Shown: one piece after another, positions 45,990 to 52,832 of the stretch
How the letters are laid out: each line of letters begins with the position of its first letter
Numbering within the stretch: the first letter of the stretch is position 1
Origin: a virus
Strand: one strand, 5' to 3'
IMG/VR virus record: IMGVR_UViG_3300036766_000889
Length of the DNA stretch: 64,000 nt
Translations under genes and position numbers: made by a program
The notes under the pieces: model-generated
Databases searched by the model: none
Seen by the model: only the letters and a program-made list of their open reading frames with translations
What the model was told of the DNA's origin: nothing

Positions 45990-46123
45990 TGGACACAACG
46001 GGAATCGAACCCGCTAATTCCTGTTTTTGCAGGATACGGAAAACTGCAGTGACTGATATTTTCGGGTGGCCATCTCCCTACTAACTCAGATCCAGTTTTC
46101 CAGCGCACCGTGGCTTTGTGCCC
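45990..46123 (-). ncRNA. tRNA-Ala-like RNA with a long arm replacing the anticodon arm
   Basis: GGGCACA/TGTGTCC-A with G3-U70; T-arm GCGGG-TTCGATT-CCCGT; GGAAAACTG/CAGTTTTCC arm. Confidence 0.65.
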
Positions 46124-46136
46124 GTAACAATTGTAG

Positions 46137-46208
46137 TGCTCCCACGGAGAATCGAACTCCGCTCGCCGGGGTGAAAACCAAGCATTCTGACCACTAAACT
46201 ATGGGAGC
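46137..46208 (-). tRNA. tRNA-Glu(TTC)
   Basis: Cloverleaf; weak anticodon stem. Confidence 0.85.
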
Positions 46209-46282
46209 AAACTTTCTAATGTGGTACGTGGGGTCAAACTTAATCTTCAACATCCGGACCAGTACCTTGGTCCGTGAATTTG

Positions 46283-46354
46283 AGCGACTGATGTGAATCG
46301 AACACATGAAGTCCATTTTGGCAAAATGGTGCCTTACCACTAGGCTACAGTCGC
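46283..46354 (-). tRNA. tRNA-Gly(GCC)
   Basis: Cloverleaf; U73. Confidence 0.92.
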
Positions 46355-46397
46355 GTGCGGACCCTCAAACACTGTTACTGCATGTTGATTAATACTG

Positions 46398-46470
46398 TGG
46401 CTAGGGTCGGTATCGAACCGACTACACCCCGGGCTTCAACCGAGTGCTCTACCGTTTGAGCTACCTAGCC
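46398..46470 (-). tRNA. tRNA-Phe(GAA)
   Basis: Cloverleaf. Confidence 0.92.
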
Positions 46471-46473
46471 AAA

Positions 46474-46657
46474 ACCTTGATCTTCGGCAGTTGGTTCCGT
46501 AGCAAGGAACCGGCCAGACTTAGCTTTTGGAGGTTGCTAGACCCTCCTACTTGCCGACCGCATGAGCCTTTCGAGGGGCGTGCGTTCTATAGGCCATAAG
46601 CCTGCTGTCTGGTATTGAAGCCTACGACCCGCGAGTTAACTCAGGTCTGATCAAGGT
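46474..46657 (-). ncRNA. unassigned ~185-nt multi-stem structured RNA
   Basis: Terminal ACCTTGATC/GATCAAGGT stem enclosing several hairpins. Confidence 0.55.
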
Positions 46658-46659
46658 AG

Positions 46660-46728
46660 CAAGCCGTGACGGAATCGAACCGCCGCCTACTGGTTTGGAA
46701 TCAGTTCGGTCACCATGACCTACGGCTT
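46660..46728 (-). tRNA. tRNA-Trp(CCA), minimal D-arm
   Basis: AAGCCGT/ACGGCTT-G; 5' end overlaps the GIY-YIG stop codon. Confidence 0.85.
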
Positions 46729-47653
46729 ATTTCAATAAATTATTCGACAGAGCAGTTGTTTTAACAACTGGAGTGTTCTTACTAGCATGGTATCTAAGCA
46801 TCACTTTAGAATTTTTGCATTTCTTACAAATTAAATATGGTCTTCCAGTATCTGACTCTCCTGTTCTAACATAACAGTTTTCAATAGGAACAATACCATG
46901 CACTTTACAAAGTTTATTGGTAGGCGACCTATCCTGTTGAAATTTAGTTTTAGCTTTTTCTGATATTGTTTTTGCTATTTTTGCCTTGCAATCGTTACTA
47001 ATAGATCTTCCAACAGCGGCAAGTTTGATATTCATCCTTGCCTTATCCGAAAATTTTCGGCCTCGACTACGAGAAGCGTTTTTTTCTATGATTTCATGAG
47101 TAAGAATGGGTGGTTTGCAACGTCCATCTCGATGAGCTTTTTTGGCTGCTATAGATATTTTTCTTTTCACATCCGGGAGAGCTTGAATATGACGTGATAT
47201 TTCAATTCTCTTTGCTCGAGATTCTGATGTATTGAGTGCTGCTTTATTTGCAGCACGAGCTTGAGGTGTATGAAATCTAAGGACGACACCGTTTTGTTTT
47301 TCTCGATACTCTGGACGATCCCATGGATTTCGACGAATTGGATGCGGCGTATGAGATCCGCCCTTCATTAAGTTAAATCCAAACTTTGGATCTCGCGTAT
47401 TTTCTTGTTCGATTATCGCTTCTTCAGTCGCATTTGCACCTTCAAGGTCCCGACTCATCGCCAGAACTTCATGGGAGAAGGCATCCTTGCCATACTTACG
47501 AATTGCATTCGGAAAATACCAACGTCCGCCCTTGGAATTCTTAGCTTGGGAGCAATGTTGATTCCAACGATGCATCATTGTATGGCTAGTTAAGCCAATG
47601 TAACGACGACCCGATTCTATATGAGTGTGACAGTAAATGGTCCAGCGTTTCAT
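46727..47653 (-). CDS. GIY-YIG homing endonuclease with NUMOD-like repeats
   Basis: WTIYCHT...RRYIGLT...RW..H...AIRKYG...E...GFNL. Confidence 0.85.
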   Translation of the reverse strand: MKRWTIYCHTHIESGRRYIGLTSHTMMHRWNQHCSQAKNSKGGRWYFPNAIRKYGKDAFSHEVLAMSRDLEGANATEEAIIEQENTRDPKFGFNLMKGGSHTPHPIRRNPWDRPEYREKQNGVVLRFHTPQARAANKAALNTSESRAKRIEISRHIQALPDVKRKISIAAKKAHRDGRCKPPILTHEIIEKNASRSRGRKFSDKARMNIKLAAVGRSISNDCKAKIAKTISEKAKTKFQQDRSPTNKLCKVHGIVPIENCYVRTGESDTGRPYLICKKCKNSKVMLRYHASKNTPVVKTTALSNNLLK

Positions 47654-47675
47654 GCTGAACCCAATCCATAAAGCT

Positions 47676-48092
47676 CTAACTTGACATGATTTCGATAACC
47701 TCGAGTTCTCGTAGAAAGTTAAGCAAAATTTCTGGAGTCATTTCCTTGAGAGGAAGCGCCTCAGTTTCCGCGATTACAGTGAAATCTCGTTCTTTGTATT
47801 CGCTCTTCTTACCGTAAACAAGTCGATCGATCTTTTGAATCATTCCACCATATGAAGATAGGATATAAACTGCACCCTTATGATGTTTACGATTGAGTAT
47901 GTCAAACTGAAATGACCAATTTTTATCTCCCCGGACGTATTTGTAAGGAGAATTTCGTGAACGTTGTTCGAATATCCGTTGTAAGAACGGGTCTTTACAA
48001 TCTAGTTCTTGCTCCTTCCAGCGCATTTCGCGCAAAACATTATTCAGGTAATCAAGTGAAGGGTTTACCTCTACTATGTATTTTCTTGACAT
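47676..48092 (-). CDS. hypothetical protein
   Basis: 138 aa; ends VIEIMSS. Confidence 0.6.
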   Translation of the reverse strand: MSRKYIVEVNPSLDYLNNVLREMRWKEQELDCKDPFLQRIFEQRSRNSPYKYVRGDKNWSFQFDILNRKHHKGAVYILSSYGGMIQKIDRLVYGKKSEYKERDFTVIAETEALPLKEMTPEILLNFLRELEVIEIMSS

Positions 48093-48182
48093 AAATCGTA
48101 CCGTTGTTCGGCACGATTTATGGTGGTCGGTATTCCTCCATCATATCAACTATACATTGGAAATTAAAGAGTATCACACAAT

Positions 48183-48266
48183 TGGCTCCGAGTCCAGGAT
48201 TCGAACCTGGAATGGATTTCTCCGCACGGGTAACAACCGTGTGCCTTACCATTAGACTAACTCGGA
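48183..48266 (-). tRNA. tRNA-Asn(GTT) with long variable arm
   Basis: U1-A72, G73, CCA; variable arm GGA-GAAA-TCC. Confidence 0.88.
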
Positions 48267-48336
48267 ATAAAAAACAATTCGCGCACCGAGCCATGCCGAG
48301 CAACCCCGATAGGGCCCGGTGCGCGTTGAAACAACT

Positions 48337-48356
48337 TATTCAATTGTCAAAGACTC
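48337..48356 (-). promoter_or_regulatory. boxA-like antitermination element
   Basis: GAGTCTTTGACAATTGAATA resembles rrn boxA TGCTCTTTAACA. Confidence 0.5.
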
Positions 48357-48404
48357 AGACACTTAGCGTTCGGAGGTTGATCCCTGACGGGCCTCGTCGT
48401 GTCT

Positions 48405-48479
48405 TGGTCGGCAGCACGAGAATCGAACTCGCCTAAGCCTGGGTAAGAACCAGGTGCATCTCCTTGATGCTAACTGCCG
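48405..48479 (-). tRNA. tRNA-Lys(CTT)
   Basis: Cloverleaf; CCA. Confidence 0.88.
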
Positions 48480-48506
48480 ATGTTTTCTTGAGCACTCAGT
48501 TTTTGT

Positions 48507-48698
48507 CTAATGTTTCGTTGTGGACTCTTCCTGTTCATTACCACACCAATGACAACGTTGAGTCATGACGCCTTCTTTGATACCGGCGTCTTCCCACATA
48601 CAAACACCGGTTCTTCCGCAGGGTGGAACTGGTTTAAGTAACTCACGTGTAGCATTTTTAAACTCACGTTCACGTTTGGTTAGTGTCCTAGTTTTCAT
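48507..48698 (-). CDS. small zinc-ribbon protein
   Basis: MKTRTL...CHWCG. Confidence 0.5.
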   Translation of the reverse strand: MKTRTLTKREREFKNATRELLKPVPPCGRTGVCMWEDAGIKEGVMTQRCHWCGNEQEESTTKH

Positions 48699-48711
48699 GA
48701 CATGTTTCTTG

Positions 48712-48787
48712 GGTGGGACCGGCGGGACTTGAACCCGCAACCGTTCGGTTAAAAGCCGACTGCTGCTTCCGATTGAGCTACGGCCCC
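48712..48787 (-). tRNA. tRNA-Lys(TTT)
   Basis: Cloverleaf. Confidence 0.92.
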
Positions 48788-48848
48788 AAGGAATACTTGA
48801 GTGCAGTAGCTAGGTTTGAGTTCCTTCATGATTACCGTGACTTTCTTG

Positions 48849-48934
48849 TGGTGGAGCCGTGCAGAGTCGAACTGCCTAGTCTAAGACCCGGCGTTTACAG
48901 CGCCAGTCGCCTTCCGAGGACGAACCCCGGCTCC
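48849..48934 (-). tRNA. tRNA-Tyr(GTA), atypical D region
   Basis: TGGCG-CTGTAAA-CGCCG; A73; CCA. Confidence 0.85.
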
Positions 48935-49015
48935 GTAATAGATACGAGAGCAGGTGAGCGTCGATAACTTTCGTGCAGTGGTTTGTGTGAATTGAACATT
49001 GTTATTTCGAACCCT

Positions 49016-49056
49016 AAAAACATTGAGACCGCCTCTAGTTTCCTAGGGCGGTCTCA
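49016..49056 (-). terminator. intrinsic terminator (attenuator) ahead of the tRNA array
   Basis: TGAGACCGCCCTAG-GAAA-CTAGAGGCGGTCTCA followed by ATGTTTTT. Confidence 0.8.
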
Positions 49057-49083
49057 CGCGAACGAGTGTTCTTGTGATTCCGC

Positions 49084-49227
49084 CTACGTCGTATCCTCAT
49101 GGCTAATGGGGCTGACGGCTGGGCGTTGATTCCCTCCGAGCCATATAAATGACGATGTCGCTTCCAAGCGTACGCCATTCAGCGTCGGCTGGACCGTCGT
49201 CATATAAGATTTTATGGATCTGGACAT
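49084..49227 (-). CDS. putative 47-aa leader peptide MSRSIKSYMTTVQPTLNGVRLEATSSFIWLGGNQRPAVSPISHEDTT
   Basis: Starts 10 nt after the -10 box; its stop codon overlaps the antiterminator strand. Confidence 0.6.
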   Translation of the reverse strand: MSRSIKSYMTTVQPTLNGVRLEATSSFIWLGGNQRPAVSPISHEDTT

Positions 49228-49237
49228 CGAAGTATTT

Positions 49238-49266
49238 ACTTTAGCACAGGCTGTTTATGGCGTCAA
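49238..49266 (-). promoter_or_regulatory. sigma70-type promoter of the tRNA/RNA-repair block
   Basis: TTGACG-17 nt-TAAAGT with extended TG. Confidence 0.75.
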
Positions 49267-49387
49267 GGCCCTTGTTTATGATCTTACACTGAAAAGATTC
49301 GAATTTACGTCAGAAGGTAGTTCTTCGTCCTCACCCGCACATTTTTCACATATGATGAATACCGGAGCCATCCGACAATCGTGGAAA

Positions 49388-49636
49388 TCATGTATCGTGA
49401 ACTCTCTCAACTACCCCGTGTTTGCAGCCCCCATCTCCAAAAGGGTGGAGGCCCCAATACTTTATCTTGCATTCTGGACAAGTACGTTGTGAAGGACCAG
49501 TTGCTCCAGTTGCTCCAGTTAACCCGACAGCTTGATTCGGCCACATCGGACCAGTGCACCCGGCAGCCCCCGTTGCCCCGAAAGTATCAATCACTGATAC
49601 TTTCTTTTCGTTTTCAAGTGTCATGGACTCTCTCAA
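49388..49636 (-). CDS. small protein with GAT collagen-like triplets and C-terminal Cys/His motif
   Basis: GATGATG; RTCPECKIKYWGLHP...VVERVHDT. Confidence 0.55.
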   Translation of the reverse strand: MRESMTLENEKKVSVIDTFGATGAAGCTGPMWPNQAVGLTGATGATGPSQRTCPECKIKYWGLHPFGDGGCKHGVVERVHDT

Positions 49637-49928
49637 TTATTCCGTGCTTACATTCAGTGTTTGGATGGAGACCCCAGTATGATAACTTGCACTCTGGATA
49701 GGTACGAATCAAGTTACCGCCTCCAATCGCTACATTATCGTTTCCAGTCATGAGCGAACCAAGACGTTCATACCCGACAGCAGTATTAACATTTGTGTTT
49801 TCGGAATTTACATTCGACAGTGCCAGTGCCAGTGCATTTAATGAGTTTATCTTACCTGCAGACTCATTTTGAGAAAGAATCTCATATTTATCTGCACCTA
49901 AAGAAAATAATTTCTTAATCCATGACAT
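49614..49928 (-). CDS. small protein sharing its C-terminal module with 49388-49636
   Basis: NTAVGY...TGNDNVAIG repeat; RTYPECKLSYWGLHP...IIERVHDT. Confidence 0.55.
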   Translation of the reverse strand: MSWIKKLFSLGADKYEILSQNESAGKINSLNALALALSNVNSENTNVNTAVGYERLGSLMTGNDNVAIGGGNLIRTYPECKLSYWGLHPNTECKHGIIERVHDT

Positions 49929-49933
49929 TTAAA

Positions 49934-52771
49934 TTAACCAGCGTTCGATAAACCAATTAGCATATCGTCCATCGTGAGGGACACGGTTTTAATTTTCTGA
50001 GAAGCTTGAATTAGAGCATCAGCACTAGTGTCCAAAAGTCCACTCTCGAGAGCACGCATGCGTTTTGATTGCCATAAGATTTTCCCAACCATCCGGTCGA
50101 AAATTGCGCCGTGACGACTCTTCAAATTCCCCATATAAAACTTTCCGTCTTTACGAAGAGTGTCGTTCAGGTATGTGTATGTGATGTAATCAGCGGCCTT
50201 CTCAATTTCATTTGCATACGCGATTGCTGAGAAGTCATATCGTCCATCTTCTTTATCTGCTTTTGCTTTTCCTTGACGATTGAGTTGAAAAAGGGCGAGT
50301 AGAGGGACTCCTCGTCCACGTGCAAAATTAGCGCATAGCATCTGGCCTTCTCGTACTGCGCTGTTTACACTAGTCACGTAATCGTTCGTTCGATATTTTG
50401 GCTTTACGAGAGCAAGATAGTCAATTACTATTCCGTCACATCCATATTTTGCATGAAACATTTCGGCCTTACGCCTAATATCTTCAGCCGTAACCTGTTC
50501 CGGTGGATGCCAAATGAAAGGTTTTCCTTTACAGTGAGCTTTAAAATCCTGAGCTACAATTTTGAGACGCTTGTATCCGAGTTCATCAAGCTCACCATCG
50601 CGGACCTTTTGAAAATCAAGCCCGACATAACACTGAGTGATCGGAACACCGGCTTTTTTGTCTTTTTCGTACCAATCTGTTACAAATTTTCCATGCGAAG
50701 AATGAATTACATATAGTTGATTTCGAAGATTCTTGTACTTCATTTCCAAAATGCAGTAGAAGATGTTCTTTCCGTATAAGAAACAGTTATTGTACGTGTA
50801 GTTCAGTGCCAACGTAGTATTATGGGTCACCATATCGTCAACAACAAATGAATGGTGTTCCGGAACCTCCATGTCATAAGTCATTTCTTCACCACAAGGA
50901 ATTATAGAAGCGACTCTTTCCCAGGAAAGGTCTCCATCTAGTGTTTTATCGAGAACTTGACTTTGTCCTCGGAATCTTTCCGCAACATGTGTTGCAACAG
51001 TTCCATGACATATAATTTGACTTACGTATCTTTTCTTTCCACTTGGCATAATGACTGATGTACACCCGGCCATTAGAGAAGATGGAATCGGTGAGTCATC
51101 TTCAATGGAAACTCTATTTATGACTGAATCAAGTTTCCAGTCTTTTCCAATTGGTCTCACATAATCACAGAAAACTCTCTTTGAAAATGCATCAACGACT
51201 CTCGTTACGTATACAACATACGGAGACCCACGATAGTCAAATTCGTAATCCGTAACCGTAGACCTCACCCCAAGTCTCAATAAGAGAGATTGGACCCCGA
51301 GACATAAATCTTCTGAAGTTGAATAATATTTAATGTCATTCCTTGAACTAACACCACACGGACGATCTTCTCGTATGTGGTCACCAACATGAATAGATCC
51401 GTCAGTAGACCAAAGTGCCCCGATAAGTAAGGCCGTCTGGTGTTCTGATAGACCCATCATTTCATCTGGAATTTTCTTTGTTGAAGCGACTTTCCCATAA
51501 ATTTTCAAATTATCAAGAAGTATCCTGACTGGAGAAATTTGATTGTGATGCGTACCGCCTGGACTTCTACTTACACGAACACCGGGAGCTCTATTCAGTG
51601 GGGTCTCTTCCTCAAAATTTGGTCTTAAAAAGTCTGCAGGACCTTCATAAAGACCCATTTCACGAAGACAGTCCATAAAATCATGTCTTATCTCCGTGTT
51701 TGATGCTGTCAGACGTATTTGACCAGATGAAACAGTTCCATCTCCAAGAAGATAACCAACAACTTTTATTTCGTCATCTGAAAATTTTGTCGACGGATTA
51801 TCAATTACAAATTTTTTTGGAACAGCTACCCAGTCACCTGGCCTAAGACCGGAGAGTTCCTTCCATCCGTCTATTGTTAGCCACCTGTGATTTCCAGTTG
51901 CCTTTGTTCTACGTCCAGATTCGAGTTTCAATTCGAAGACTGGACGTATACCATTTTCCACAATATGTGAAGCTTCAGCAGTTATGAGAGAGAATTTTTC
52001 TCCTTCTCTATATACGGAAGTAACCACTGGCATATCACCAGAGTCATAAACTTCCTTCATAGTTCGTCGTCTACCTGTTGAGTGGTCAAAGATAGACGAC
52101 GAACCCGCTAAACACTTTAATTCACCTGAGAATGCGCAATGAACCCAATATTCACCACGTCGATGACCTTTGCATATTGAGTCGACGGGTTCTAGACCAA
52201 ATAACAATCGATCTGAGTATATGTTGTTCTTAACTTGTTCTTCGTATTCAGATATTACTTCTTCAGCATCTTCTGATACGACACCCTCGAGCTTCTCACC
52301 GGCTTCAAGCCTGTGGAGATGGGCCATCATATCTGACATGTACGAAATGGCGTCCGGAACGCCTCGAAGTATCTTTTTTCCGTTGATCGGTTTATCTAAG
52401 TTTCTTCCGTGCTCAGCAATAGCCGAGGCATCACGACAGGCTAGTATGAATTCCCTTGTTAACTGACTTTCAAGTTGAGATTTTACGATCGAAAGGAAAT
52501 TTGTCCGAATGTACGGCTGAGCTTTTTTAACTTCTTCAAGTCGAGAAGTTACTTCAATTTTGTCTTTTTTCTCAAAGAACTCACGAACGAGAGAGAAATC
52601 CGGAGGAGCGGACATCTGACCATAAAAGTTCTTGAGGTACTCATGAATTTCATGATCCTCTTCATTCGGAAACCCTAAGTCATGTTCTTGAAGTCTAACC
52701 CAGTTTTGATAACAATCATCAGCTTCAGGTTGACCACCCACTTGTATGACACTTCTTAAGATTCTTTCCAA
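49934..52771 (-). CDS. dnaB: replicative DnaB-like helicase with intein
   Basis: Walker A AFSGELK|TT, LEM, IVIDYL, QLNR, IEKAAD, KSRHG. Confidence 0.9.
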   Translation of the reverse strand: MERILRSVIQVGGQPEADDCYQNWVRLQEHDLGFPNEEDHEIHEYLKNFYGQMSAPPDFSLVREFFEKKDKIEVTSRLEEVKKAQPYIRTNFLSIVKSQLESQLTREFILACRDASAIAEHGRNLDKPINGKKILRGVPDAISYMSDMMAHLHRLEAGEKLEGVVSEDAEEVISEYEEQVKNNIYSDRLLFGLEPVDSICKGHRRGEYWVHCAFSGELKCLAGSSSIFDHSTGRRRTMKEVYDSGDMPVVTSVYREGEKFSLITAEASHIVENGIRPVFELKLESGRRTKATGNHRWLTIDGWKELSGLRPGDWVAVPKKFVIDNPSTKFSDDEIKVVGYLLGDGTVSSGQIRLTASNTEIRHDFMDCLREMGLYEGPADFLRPNFEEETPLNRAPGVRVSRSPGGTHHNQISPVRILLDNLKIYGKVASTKKIPDEMMGLSEHQTALLIGALWSTDGSIHVGDHIREDRPCGVSSRNDIKYYSTSEDLCLGVQSLLLRLGVRSTVTDYEFDYRGSPYVVYVTRVVDAFSKRVFCDYVRPIGKDWKLDSVINRVSIEDDSPIPSSLMAGCTSVIMPSGKKRYVSQIICHGTVATHVAERFRGQSQVLDKTLDGDLSWERVASIIPCGEEMTYDMEVPEHHSFVVDDMVTHNTTLALNYTYNNCFLYGKNIFYCILEMKYKNLRNQLYVIHSSHGKFVTDWYEKDKKAGVPITQCYVGLDFQKVRDGELDELGYKRLKIVAQDFKAHCKGKPFIWHPPEQVTAEDIRRKAEMFHAKYGCDGIVIDYLALVKPKYRTNDYVTSVNSAVREGQMLCANFARGRGVPLLALFQLNRQGKAKADKEDGRYDFSAIAYANEIEKAADYITYTYLNDTLRKDGKFYMGNLKSRHGAIFDRMVGKILWQSKRMRALESGLLDTSADALIQASQKIKTVSLTMDDMLIGLSNAG
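50819..52114 (-). mobile_element. intein (432 aa) with LAGLIDADG endonuclease in the DnaB P-loop
   Basis: N-terminal CLAG, block B TGNH, GYLLGDG and ALWSTDG, C-terminal THN|T. Confidence 0.92.
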
Positions 52772-52832
52772 CTAGGCCTCCGATCAAGAACGGCCTGTTT
52801 AAGAATTTTCATCATTATTTCCATTCGTAACA

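Noticed and set aside
46474-46657. RNase P RNA or group I intron
   Set aside because: No GAGGAAAGUCC core or P7 motifs recognised; too short
36721-48967. Many short ORFs in the track overlapping tRNAs (e.g. 36785, 37012, 38203, 39863, 43631, 43672, 44716, 45522, 45773, 48104, 48713)
   Set aside because: They are translations of tRNA or ncRNA genes on either strand
48893-48999. Second leader ORF (MFNSHKPL...) running into tRNA-Tyr
   Set aside because: No SD or other support and it overlaps the tRNA; probably chance
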